Below, one piece after another: positions 36,804 through 48,498 of a stretch of DNA of 64,000 nucleotides (positions within the stretch are counted from its first letter, which is position 1; the number at the start of each line of letters is the position of its first letter). The DNA is from Candidatus Bathyarchaeota archaeon (GTDB lineage Archaea > Thermoproteota > Bathyarchaeia > Bathyarchaeales > Bathycorpusculaceae): NCBI GenBank assembly GCA_963811105.1, contig CAWEPZ010000011.1, positions 1-64,000 on the forward strand, written 5' to 3'. The notes below the pieces were generated by a model. The model ran no database searches, was not told the origin of the DNA, and was given only the letters and a program-made list of their open reading frames with translations. Position numbers and translations under genes: made by a program.

Positions 36804-37978
36804 TCATCTTAAGTTTTCTTTGACAAAGTCTTCGAATTTTCGACCCAAGTAATATCCAAATCGGCGCCTGTCTTTTTGGCGAAAAATGGAAACTTAGAAA
36901 TGGAAACGAAAGAAAAGCTTTCACACCACGAATCTCATAGGCCCTAAGTGGATTTGACAAAACTGAACAGTGAGAAATAGCCAAGCGCAGATGCCCATCA
37001 GTTTATAGAAGAATAATCGCTCGGAAATGTTTCCATCAAAATACTTTAGGTATTCTTGAATAAATCGATCAGCGGTTTTTTCACCAAAGTCTGCTCGCGC
37101 GCGAGTATATGCCATTGCAACATCATATGCTGGATCCCCTATTTCGGCATCTTCCCAATCCATCACAACCATTTTTGAGTTTTTAGTCATGACTATATTG
37201 AAGTGTGCACGGTAATCGCCATGAAGAAGACAGTATTTAGTCACAAGAATTATTGGAGATATTTGACTCAAGCCAACGAATCGCCAATTCAAAATCTTTC
37301 TTTAATCTTTTGTTATGACTAGGATAGAGATTCAGAAATCTCTTAAGGTAAAGAAGACACCGCTTTGCAAATCCAAACGGCCTTCAGGGGATTTGAGAGT
37401 GCCAATACTTAAGGTGTTTATATCCAATCTATGAAGCCAAACAAGATTTTTTGCAAATTGATCCATATTATTTGAAAAGTTTTGACTCAATTCCTCTTTT
37501 TCCATTACTATGAAAGGAGAACCAAAAAAATTTAAATCACTTTCGTAAAAAAAAGCTTTCGGAACTGGAAACCCAACACGTTTAAGACTAGTCAAAATCT
37601 GAAATTCTTTTAAGCATCTTTCGAGATTTTCATTAGTGGTATATCTTCTTAGAATTGGATCTAAAGACTCTGCCGTAAGCTTTAAAAATAAGGGAACTTT
37701 GTTGCTGAAAATCCCCATCCTGATATGATAAGCAAAAAGGAATAAACATGATTACCCTTATCACGTTTACTTAATTTTCTTACATCTGATATCTTAATGG
37801 AAGTGGCTCCATCTGGAAGAAAGCCTAATTTATCATGAGGCACAATTGCAGAAAAGTATTCTGCAAGTTTCTTTGAAAAATAAACCTCGCTCAATAGTAT
37901 TCTCTTCTCAAAATTAGTTAGATTTGCAAGAATTGTCTTATTTTTATTAAGTATCATTTTAAGAAAGGAAAATTCCAT
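36804..37978 (-). CDS. APH/phosphotransferase-family protein, paralog 2 (frameshifted)
   Basis: Motifs GFPVPKA, GSPFIVM, HGDYRAHFN and MDWEDAEIGDPAYDV. Confidence 0.8.
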
Positions 37979-38311
37979 AAGGATCGAAAATGGAACCTAA
38001 AGCCCCAAAAAATAGCACTTCAGAATCAAATCTCCAATCATTTCAATTGTTACGTTTCGTCAATCGTTAATAGACTAAAACGTGAAAACTAATACATTAT
38101 GGAGAGTTGGATTGTTGAATATGAATTTTGCTTACGACCATACGTTTCACGAGTCGAAAGATATCGACTCGCAATGGATTTTACGAAATGCCAAAAAACC
38201 ATCTTCAAAGGTAAAGCTTTCTTAGACAGAATTTCAATTCAATAATTTCTATTTCAAACAAAGATTTTTCTTAACCAGTCACAGTACCGTGTGAATTTAA
38301 TAATAAATCCG

Positions 38312-39144
38312 CTACACAAGTCGTCCTAAATTAAAAATCAAATTTGCAATTTGTTTGATCCTTGCTGATTTGTTCAACACTATGAAAGGATTAAGCATAT
38401 TCTTTACCGTCATAATAATGTCATAAGTTGTTCTGATAGTGTTTCGACCATCCAGTACCCTCTTACTTTTCCCTGCATAGTAGCTCCAATTTATTAAATA
38501 GCTCAAAGTCATTCGCTTTGATGGAACAATGTGCATAACCTCTGCATCAGGCAAAAACAAATAATGACAGCAAGATCTTACTCTCCTAATCACCTGGTCC
38601 TCGTCACTTGAATAGAGCTTTCCTTTCATTCGTCCCAGTTTTGGATCGAAAAAGCCTATTTTGTTAAATACGTCTTTTTTAAAAATCATGTTTGCGCCCC
38701 AAATACGCTGGCCATAAATATTTCCCACTCCAGCATAAAACCCAAAATCTTTTAGGTTCCACCAACTTGGCGGTGTTGCCTTATAAAGGGTATTAGGGGA
38801 CCACCCATTAAGTCGGCTCCAGAAACAGTTCCCTTTTGAACGGCTTCGTACCAATGTTGACTCGGCACAGCGTCATCATCTACGAAAGCAACATACTCTC
38901 CTTTTGACTCATTTATCCCAAAATTTCTAGCATAAGCACATCCGCTCTCTTTATCGAATCTTGTAAGTTTTAAGATCGGAGAATCACCCTTAACTCTCAG
39001 AGGAGGATCAGATCCATTATCTATAAGCAATATTTCAAAAGGTGTGACAGACTGATTAAGCAGGCTACGCACCGTTTCCTGAGTGTATAATTGTCTGTTG
39101 TAAGCAACGATTACTACGCTAATTCTGGTTTCCATTTGTAACAC
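38312..39144 (-). CDS. Glycosyltransferase family 2 (frameshifted)
   Basis: Motifs ISVVIVAYNR, IDNGSD, ARNFGI, FVDDD and GANM. Confidence 0.85.
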
Positions 39145-39509
39145 ATTAGTTTAATGATTCGTAACACATACTTTTAATGATTTAGTAAAAAAAACATCAC
39201 TCTAAATTATGAACTTTCAAAAAATTAACTTCTTTCAATTCATGTTTTTTCTCGCGACCAATGTGCGGCTAATCGAATATTTTGAAACTCACCATATCCG
39301 GATAAACAACCCGAAAAATCTGTTCCTAAAGCAGTATCTGTTATGTCTGCGACAACTCAAAAGTCTACCGGTTGTATAGAACATTTCTGAAGTCTTTATT
39401 AGGCGTACTCTGAAATTCTGCCTTTTTGTGTTCTTCTTATTGTCGACTTGTATTACACGTTTTTTAACGCACTGGCTGATCTTTGATGCTTTGAGATTTT
39501 TTATCCTCT

Positions 39510-40235
39510 TTAAAAAGGATAACAAGATTCTTTTCGTTCTTTTCTATTAAATTTGTAGGATTTTGTAGCATTATTTAATTCTTCAGCACACCCAACTCTG
39601 AAATTATCGTGTAACTCAATAACGATGACCTTTGTTTTTTTGAGCCACTTTTCATAGTTAGCACTAAACAATTCTTTTTCAGCTCCTTCTACATCTATTT
39701 TGAAGATGTCAATAGTGTCTATTTTGCCCAGATCGACTAATCTGTCGACAGTTAAGGCAGAAACGCATTCAGGATTCTTATCTTTTGAAGATTTCACAGT
39801 TTGGAATGCCCATTTTTCAGCGGTCGCATCAAGAATTTGCAAATCTTCTTCTCTGTGCCATAAAGCAGCCCGGATAGGAATGATATTTCGATAATATCTT
39901 ACGTTTCTAAGTAGCATTTCAAAATTGCTTTCTTCAGGTTCTACTGCGAAAATTCTGGCCAGGGGGTAAGTAATGGCGAAGAAAATGCTGGCATATCCAA
40001 CATTTGCCCCACCATCGATTATTGTGCTTGGATGTAGATTCAGAAAGCCCAATCTATAATTTTTTCGAATAAAAACTTGGGCAAAAACTTCTTTATCAGT
40101 TGTGTTTATTCTAATTCGTAAAATATGAGTGCAAAGCTTCCAAAATAGGGAGATGCTAGAAAGCAACCCAAATAAACGCCTGTGCATAAGGAAAAAAGAA
40201 AACCACAATGAAATTGAACCACGAACGCGCATCAA
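39510..40235 (-). CDS. FkbM-family methyltransferase
   Basis: Motifs IIDGGANVGYAS, AVEPEESN, KIDVEGAE and IELHD. Confidence 0.9.
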   Translation of the reverse strand: MMRVRGSISLWFSFFLMHRRLFGLLSSISLFWKLCTHILRIRINTTDKEVFAQVFIRKNYRLGFLNLHPSTIIDGGANVGYASIFFAITYPLARIFAVEPEESNFEMLLRNVRYYRNIIPIRAALWHREEDLQILDATAEKWAFQTVKSSKDKNPECVSALTVDRLVDLGKIDTIDIFKIDVEGAEKELFSANYEKWLKKTKVIVIELHDNFRVGCAEELNNATKSYKFNRKERKESCYPF

Positions 40236-40272
40236 CGTGATATAATACGTTTGGGTTTCTGCCTTTTACATT

Positions 40273-40356
40273 TTAACGTTTAACTGTTGTTTCGAGGAAG
40301 TTTTCGAAATATTTTAGACAAAGGACGTCGCCTTCGGCTGACTTTTTCCTGATCAT
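40273..40356 (-). pseudogene. Orphan 3' tail of an APH-family kinase gene
   Basis: Reads AEGDVLCLKYFENFLETTVKR*, versus AEGDLLWLKYFENFLKETLKR* at the end of the 41976-43176 gene. Confidence 0.65.
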
Positions 40357-40487
40357 TTTTGTCGAAATCGCCTCGAACGATTTTTTAATGCAATAGCTGA
40401 TTCTGATTGACTAAATTCTGTTCTATTAATGTCAATAAATGAAAACTAGTAAGCACAGATTTGAAACAAACCAATTGTTCAAAAATA

Positions 40488-41432
40488 CTACCAAAGGAAC
40501 CTTCCACTACGGCGCAATGAGCCTCTTACTGACGGATCCCATAGCGGTCCAATGTCTCTATCCTTGATTCTTCGCGCCTCTTGTATTGAGTATCTCTTTT
40601 GAAGCAATTTGCGCAGATTCTTGAGAATCCAGACGGCAATTCGTACACTATCAATCTGTGAATTTCTAAAGTCAGCGTAGCAAAAACCAATTATCGCTAC
40701 GGTAATTCTTGGTGTTTCTTCCAATAGAGTAGATATTTCAAAATTCTTTATGAAAGAACTGAGGCGATTCTTGAAATCATGAAATCTGAAGAGCCTCGCT
40801 CCTTTGCCTTTACGTAGAAGACCTGGGCAGTGATAGACTGTTGCATCCGAATCCGATATACCCACAACCTTGTAACCCAATAACCAAGTCCTCCAACCCA
40901 GATCTTGGTCATCATAACCAACAAAATAGTCATCGTCGAACCCACCTAATTGGTGCCACACCTTGTTTCTCACAATAAATGATGCACCAAGAGCATATAG
41001 CTTCACTCTTTCCATAGAAGACGATCCCCAAGCGATTTGTGAGATGATATTAGCCTCTGCAATTCCTACATTGGAATCAGACTCCATTGCATCAACAAGT
41101 CTCTGAAGCCAGAGTGAGGTAACTTTCACATCTGGATCGAGAAATGCAAAGTAGTTACTTTCTTTATAGCTGGCGCCCAGGTTTCTTGCTTTGCATAAAC
41201 CTAAATTCTCAGATAAAAAAACCTTGGTAAGCCGATGATCATCAAAAGCGTTCATAAGGGCTCTGCTTTTATCCGTCGACGAATTGTCAATGAATATCAC
41301 TTGAAAATTCGAATATTTCGTTGCAAGAACTGAAGCCATAAGATCTTCAAGATATTTCTCATGATTGTAATTAACAATAACAATTGAGACTGATGGTACT
41401 CTCGGCATAAGAACCTCAACCTTGGTAAACAC
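40488..41432 (-). CDS. Glycosyltransferase family 2
   Basis: Motifs SIVIVNYN, IDNSSTD, FLDPD and GGFDDDYFVGYDDQD. Confidence 0.9.
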   Translation of the reverse strand: MFTKVEVLMPRVPSVSIVIVNYNHEKYLEDLMASVLATKYSNFQVIFIDNSSTDKSRALMNAFDDHRLTKVFLSENLGLCKARNLGASYKESNYFAFLDPDVKVTSLWLQRLVDAMESDSNVGIAEANIISQIAWGSSSMERVKLYALGASFIVRNKVWHQLGGFDDDYFVGYDDQDLGWRTWLLGYKVVGISDSDATVYHCPGLLRKGKGARLFRFHDFKNRLSSFIKNFEISTLLEETPRITVAIIGFCYADFRNSQIDSVRIAVWILKNLRKLLQKRYSIQEARRIKDRDIGPLWDPSVRGSLRRSGRFLW

Positions 41433-41975
41433 TGTAAATTACTCTTAGTTAAAGTGCGCCAGAATGCCCCGTCCTTTATGTTATGTGGTAGATGGCCTAT
41501 AATTGTTGATAATATCATTTTGCAGGACCGTCACGCAGAGTAACTAAAAGGGTAGTCAATGCGCCTATTAATTGCAGTATCTAGCAAATTTTTATTTGAT
41601 AAATTGGTGAATGTTATCCGACAAGCGTTATATTCGAAAAAAATAACTCGGGTCTATATTTAATACCTCCTTGCTCGCGAAGTATTATATTGGGCTTCGT
41701 ATGCTGCTCAAGAGTTACGAATTAACCTAAAATGAAAAAGCGGTAAGAATGCCAAGTGCATTAACTGCTTTGTTTTGAAAAGCAATTCAGACGTTAGCAT
41801 ACCTAATTATGCGCTGTCTGGTGTACAAGCTATGGTCGTTAGGCAATATTCATTGGGAAGAATAACTTCAATAAAAAACAAGACACGAAAATGAACTCTG
41901 GTACAAAGGCGACAAATCGCGCTATATTGTCCCAATATTACTTGTCGAAGAATGTTGGCAAGATTGTAGACTAAT

Positions 41976-43176
41976 CTAGCGTTTTAAGGTTTCTTTGAGA
42001 AAGTTTTCAAAATATTTTAGCCAAAGGAGGTCGCCTTCAGCTGCCAACTGTCGAGCGACAAGGGGCCATCGAATAAATGGAAATCCAAGCAGAATAAAGG
42101 GTCCGCTAAGAAACGGAAATGTAGGTAAAATTTTGCGTCGGTGATATTTGTAGGCGTAAATGGGATTTGATAAGCCCGAGCTGTAGTAAATGGATGTTCC
42201 TAAGATTCCAACCATCTTGTAGAATTCAAGTCTCCGACTAATATCTCCATGGAAGTTCCTCTTGTATTCTGAGACAAATCGTTCGGCAGTTTTCTCAGCT
42301 GAATTTGGATTTTTCGGGTTACTGAAAAATTTAACAAAGTGATATGCATAACCAACATCATATGCTGGATCGCCTATTTCAATCGAATCCCAATCTAACA
42401 CAATCATTCTAGAATCTTTAGTTACACAGACATTACCTGGGTGGTAATCCCCATGAGCTAGACAGTATTGTGGGCAAGAGTTGTTTGAAACATTTGAATT
42501 AAGCCACTGTATAGCGAGATCAAAATCTTTTTTGAGTTTTTTGTCATGTTTGGTTTCAAGATTCAGATAGTGCTTGAAATGAATAGGCCAACGTCTGGCG
42601 AACGCATATTCATTCTTGGGAGGTCTAAGAACTGATATTCCTAGCTCGGCCAATTTGAGATTATGAAGATTCGCGAGGGTTGAGGCAAAACAATCTACTA
42701 TCTCATTAATGCTTTTTTGAACCACTTCTTCTTTCTGCATTATTACAAAAGGGTAACCAAGAAACCGAGAATCACACTCACAAAGAAATACTTCTGGGAC
42801 AGGAAAACCAATACGCCCAAGACTTCTTAGAAGCCTGAAATTCTCTAACGCATTTCCTAAGGTCTTCATCATGAATATACGCTTTCAAAACAGGATCGAT
42901 ATTCTCAAGGTAAGTTTTCAAGACAAGATTGCGTTGTTGCGGGGTTCCTCCGTCCACATAAGTAAGAGATATAGAGAATACGTCACTCCAAAACCCTCCA
43001 CCTATCTTTAGGACATTCGAAACCCTAATTGTATGCGCACCTTTGGGTATCAGGTTCGAATTACCGTTACGTGAAGTGGCACGAAGATAGTCCTCGAGTC
43101 TTGAGCCAAGTGCTCTTCCTGAACGGACACGCGCGTTGTAACGAAGTGAGTTGACAATTGTTTTCCTGAACAACAA
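41976..43176 (-). CDS. APH/phosphotransferase-family protein, paralog 3 (frameshifted)
   Basis: Motifs IGGGFWSDVF, GFPVPEV, FLGYPFVIM, HGDYHPGN and LDWD..IGDPAYDV. Confidence 0.85.
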
Positions 43177-43261
43177 AGAATCACACCAAGAATGGAAGAT
43201 GACTGAGTATAGTACTAATAAAATTAAAAATAGATTGTATAATGTTCTATTCTGTCATAAT

Positions 43262-44276
43262 TTAGACAAGTGAGGAACTGCTTGTTGCTTCATTCAACGA
43301 ATTAATCTCGAAAAATCGGATAAAGTGATCATAAAGAAATTTTGGCTTATATTCAAAACCTTCTGCCCATTTAATACTCATTTTATAACATTTCGTCTAC
43401 ATCTATTGAGGTCGGACATAGAGTCTTATTTGTTGTTTTAAGTTCAGGTGTGACTTTCAAAAGATGAAACTTCTGAAGAGTTGATAGATGTCTTAATAGC
43501 AAATCAAATCTATGATATATAGATGCTATTTCAGAGGACTTCTTGCAGGAGGCTGAGCAAGATTTGCAGGATTGAGTTTAAAGTTGTTATGTTTAGGGTA
43601 GTAAATTAAATCCCAATCGAGTTGGTTTACCATTGTACTAGGATGAATTGTCAAAACAGAAATCTTACGCTTCAGTGTAAGTCGTTGAAGGTGAGAGTGC
43701 TCACGTATTCCACCTTGCCAATTAGCAAGCAGTATTGTAAAGGGATAAAACGTAATTCCGCGATAGCTGATCGGCTCGATGGAGATGTTTGTTGAGAAAT
43801 CATAAGTTATGCCGAGAGTTTTCATAGCTTCAAGATGAGGTGGAGTCCAGCAGTACCCAGGCGCCCGAAATGCAACTATTTGTTTTTTGGGGAAAAGAGC
43901 TCTGGAGTGCATGAATTCCACCGGAGCCTTCAATTTCACCAGTTAACGGATTGATATGAGCGGTTTCTCGAATAAGGGAAGTTTGATAGGCTTCCTCGTA
44001 ACTTTCAACGTCGGTGAATTCAAAAAGGGTAGGGTGAATAGAATGACTGGAAGAGTGATAGCCAATTTGATGCTCGTTTAGCAAGTCTACGGTCGCTGGA
44101 AAGTTGGATAGTTTTTCAGCCATGTTTCCAGTTATGAAGAATAAACCGGTCAGCTCATGTTTTTTCAAGAGCTCCAAGATATTATGCAAGCCTGGAACCG
44201 AGTTTTCACTTATGAAGTCTTCAGTATCGAAGGTCAAGAAAAAACTATGCAGAAGCTTTACACCTCCAAAGTACAA
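43262..44276 (-). CDS. Polysaccharide deacetylase (CE4/NodB-like) family protein (frameshifted)
   Basis: Motifs LTFDTED, GLFFITG, IGYHSSSH, FRAPG, YDFS and LTIHP. Confidence 0.8.
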
Positions 44277-44325
44277 ACATTCAAACAGTCTATAGCATGC
44301 GATTTTTTACGATTGCAATTTCAGA

Positions 44326-45409
44326 TCAATCGCGAATCAACATATTTTCGTATTTCAAGCATTGATTATGATAGAATGAATATGCCAGTTTAGAATGTGT
44401 AACACAAAGTGGAAATTGGAGTCTTATTCGTATGAATTTTGCAACTAACATTTCAGGCGAGATTTTCGGGTTGCTCCAATGTTCCAGCCGATTCTTCCAT
44501 ACATGTTTAAAATTTTTCAGTATCCACGTCGAGGCGCGAATGTTTCCTAAAATTTCTGACAGATTTTTCTTTCTCACTGAAAACACTGATTCAACCGCAA
44601 TTGAAAAATAAAGAATGAACAAAGCTTTTAACAAATCTCTTAAATTGAAATATACATCAAACAGCAAACACATTTTGGCTCTAAGAAGAGAGAAAGTCAC
44701 AGATTGGTTATTCCAAAATTTCTTTGTAGTGGCTCCGCCAATATGGCGTATTCTTGAACTTGATACTGATACCACTCGTTTTCCCGCGAGCCACGTTTTC
44801 AGAGACAGCAAAGTATCGTCATAATTGTAAGGTATTTCAGGATCAAATAATCCTATTTCATCAAGAAATTCTTTTCTGGCAATCATTGAGCACCCTGTTG
44901 CAAACGACACTTCAAACGTAGGAATAAACTCAAAATCGCCTTTTTTTCCAGCGCCTATTGGGTACAAGAAAAGGAGATAATCGCTCCAAAGTCCGCCTGC
45001 TCCCCGAAGTTTCTTCCCATCGATTGAAAGTATAGTACTTCCCGCCAATCCAATGGTTTTGTCTTTTTCCATAGTACTCGACCAAAGCAGCAAGCCAATA
45101 TGGATCCGCAATTGTATCATTGTTTAGAAAAACGATATAGTCTCCTCTTGCATGACTAAAACCAAAATTATTGCCACCACTAAACCCTAAGTTTTTGGTG
45201 CTTCTGAAAATTCTTAATCGTTTGTCATTTCCAAAGGTTTTTTCGACTATTTTCAAGCTTGAATCAGTGGATGCGTTGTCTACGAAGATTACCTCAAAAT
45301 TTGGGTATTTTGTGCCTAAAACAGAAGAAAGACATCGCTCCAAATAGTTTTCTCCATTGAAATTCAAAATAATAACTGAAACAAGAGGGGTATTTTTCTG
45401 AACAAGCAA
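44326..45409 (-). CDS. Glycosyltransferase family 2 (frameshifted)
   Basis: Motifs VSVIILNFNG, VDNASTDSS, FLNND and GLFDP..YDD. Confidence 0.88.
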
Positions 45410-45618
45410 ATTTTTAGCCTCCGTTAGGTTTAGTCAAGTTAGCAATCTTAAGTTCTGTCAAGATTTCCAGTTAATTTCATGATTTCCAATCTCAGAAATG
45501 AAGATAAAGATCTAATCACAGATATTAATCACAAGATACATGTTATCGAAAAACTGAGTTTCATGACTTCCAATAATCAATAAATAGTCTCGAAATGCGC
45601 TTTTGCATTGAAATTAGT

Positions 45619-46785
45619 TTACAGCACTGATTTGTAAATATCAGCTATAGAGGTGCAACATTTTGAATATCATGTTTTTCCACGGCTTCAATACCATTTG
45701 CTGCAATCATCTTTCGAAGATCTTTGTTTTTTATTAAACTTATCAATCTGAGGCTAATTGATCGGCATCGCCAGGTGGCGTAAGCAAACCATTTTCGCCA
45801 TTAGAAATTATTTCTTTCATAATTCCAAATCTGGAGCAACTAACTGGAGTCCAGCTGCCCAAGCTTCAAGAGTAGTTATATAGCTACCCCTTGTTCCAAT
45901 AGAGATATCACTATCCCACAAAAACTTTCTCACATCTGACTTCATGCCAACCAAAGTAACTGACTCTTCAAGATTCAGATCTTGAACTAAGCGATTTGCA
46001 TATTCATAAAGTGGACCGTATCCTACAATTTTGAAAGTTGCTTCAGGCACTTCTTTATAACTTTGGCAAAGGCTCTAATCGGAGTCATTGGATCCTTGGG
46101 TTTACTTAGTCTAGACACCATCACTATTCTAGTTCCAGAACCATTTCCATTTGAGGTTGGACGTTTGAATAATCTTGTATCAACAAAATTAGGTATTAAT
46201 CGACTTTTTTCACCCAGTCTAATTCTCTGCAATACATTCAGAGTCTCTTTGGAAAACGTAGTAATAACATTGGCTTGCCTAAGCACATTAAGCGTTGCTG
46301 GAGCTCTCATAGGCATTGAAAACGGATCATTAGGATTCACTGAATCACCATGAAGGGTAACCACGAAGGGGCGATGAAAATGTTGGCTCAAAAGAAGCCC
46401 AATAGTTGGATAAAGTGGCTGCCAAAATCCATGAACATGAAAAACATCAACCTTATCGATTCCTCGAATACTTGCAGCTTCTCTGTATAAGTTCACAGTC
46501 AACAAGTTATCCAAGAGTTTGAATCTCCGATTAAACAGCTTGTAAGATGCGTTTCTGAGAAAACTAGGAAAGGTTCCCCTAGACTATGTACTTCCAAGCT
46601 GTTAATTTTCTCAAAATTCTGTGTTCGAAGGCGCGCAAGAAAGGGACATGCGCTTTATCGGTAATCATAAGAAAATGCATATTTTGATCTTGTTGAGACA
46701 GAAAGTCCGACAAACTCAGTATATAACGCTCTACTCCTCCAGACTCAATGGGAAAGAAGTTTTGCCAAATGTGACAGACACGCAC
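45619..46785 (-). CDS. Glycosyltransferase family 4 (frameshifted)
   Basis: Motifs FPIESGGVE, FHVHG, IPNFVD, VSRLSKPK, VGYGP and LEAWAAG. Confidence 0.85.
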
Positions 46786-46857
46786 TTTGATATCCCCCTT
46801 TCAAGAACCTCTTTGATAAACCGATGCTCGCGGGAGAACTCACATTATTAATTGCGC

Positions 46858-48034
46858 TCAAAACTTTTCCCGTTGTTTCTCAGCTAACGAAATAGCTTGT
46901 TTTCGGTTTTCTATTCCCATTTCAATAATCTTTTTTTGCCAAATTCCATTAGTTGCTCTAATTTAGCTGCTAAATCATTACTATCAAGATAAGTGTATTC
47001 ATGAGGAAGCAGATCTCCTCGACAACCAAGAATGTCGGAGAAGACGACAAGGCCAGCCATCGCATAGTCGTACTTTCTCTCGTTGGAGCCTCCTTTATGA
47101 ATCCCAATGTTTATGCCAATCCAAGATTTGCTGAGAATTCTCATATAATCCAATTTACTGGGAATATATTTATAATGTTCCAACTCTGATGTTTCTAGGA
47201 ACTCGTTGCGGTTTCATGCCAATAACGTAGACCTTGATTTTATTGTCCAGTTTTGACAAGGCATTGAAAATTGCGTTAAAACTTATGGCACTTTTTGTTC
47301 CCCAACGGTTTCGGAAGACTATACATATACTAGGGTTTTTGTCTTTAAGCTCGGCTCAAATTCTTTGATTGGGTAAATATTTGGATAAAAAATGACGTTC
47401 TTTGGCACCCATTTCCACGTATCTAAGTCGATCCCTTTCGCTGCAGGCTATAACCAAATCTGCGATTTGAAGAATTTCGCGTTCTAACTTGTACATTAAC
47501 CTCCTTGCTATAAAGTTATCTCCAAAGCCATAATGCTCACTGGCAATATCTTGAGAAACATAGATAATTGTGCCTATTTGTTTGAGCAACTTCAGGTCCA
47601 GGGTTCTTATGCTCATAAATTCATCAATTAAGAAGATTTTTGGCGAGTTCATATTTCTCAAGAAAGGCATTATATTATCTGATCGAGCAGTTGAGGCAAA
47701 ATACTGGTCTAAGGTTTCGGAAAGCACTGAGATGAAGCCTTCGGTAACAAGTGCATCCCCCAATTCCCTTTTAAATAGTCGTCTTAAAACTCTATCATGC
47801 AAGTCTTTAGGGCTTTTCAACATCATAAGCAAATAGTTAAATAAAACTCCGGAAATGGAAGTCGCCAATTCCACTTTGTCATGACTCCATTTTTCAGTAA
47901 ACCTTTTTCTCTCGTTTCTTATAATGTAAAAAATATTGATTTTTGAATTGGCTCTAAAAATCTGAGACAACAAACCTTGCCTTTGGCGAAATCTCCTTCC
48001 ATCTATCTCGAATAATAACCAAAGTATGGGACAT
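46858..48034 (-). CDS. GT-B fold (GT4-like) glycosyltransferase (frameshifted)
   Basis: Motifs ADLVIACSERD and GGSNERKYDYAMAGLVVFS. Confidence 0.65.
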
Positions 48035-48149
48035 ACGCAAAACCTTTTATCTAGTTTTAATCAGAGCCAATTGGCTCTTATCAGGTGTAAAAGAGAAATG
48101 TTGATTTTGAGAAATTCTGGATTTCGCGGTGTTCAAAATAGCTTCCAAT

Positions 48150-48415
48150 TTGATCAATGAGTAAGGAGTTGACGTTTACATCTAAGCCTTAGATCAATTG
48201 AAAACGCGGTAACATTTTCTGGGAGCCACAAGATTCTTTTTGTTACGATAGCATGAGTGGCTTATTCTTGACTGAGGACTAGGCAAGTTGGTTTATTGTA
48301 GACTGTAGACCAATTATCTAAAGATGATTAGCTCAAAATCTCGGTACGTCTGAGCGAGAATAGCGTCTAATATCTCTTGGAGGCATTTATCACCATTTTA
48401 TACAGGGTTTACTTC
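48150..48415 (-). pseudogene. GT2 N-terminal remnant
   Basis: Reads PV*NGDKCLQEILDAILAQTYRDFELII..DNWST, with an in-frame TAA where Tyr is expected. There is no room for a full gene. Confidence 0.5.
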
Positions 48416-48498
48416 TGCATCTGCACCGCCTGTGGCTAGTTAACTTGTGATGCTTCTTGGTGTAGATTTTATTCGAACGAGTTTTCAGTTGTCTATCA

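Noticed and set aside
30611-43176. APH-family and GNAT genes as antibiotic-resistance genes
   Set aside because: Similarity is only at fold level, and the context is glycan biosynthesis with no mobile resistance cassette.
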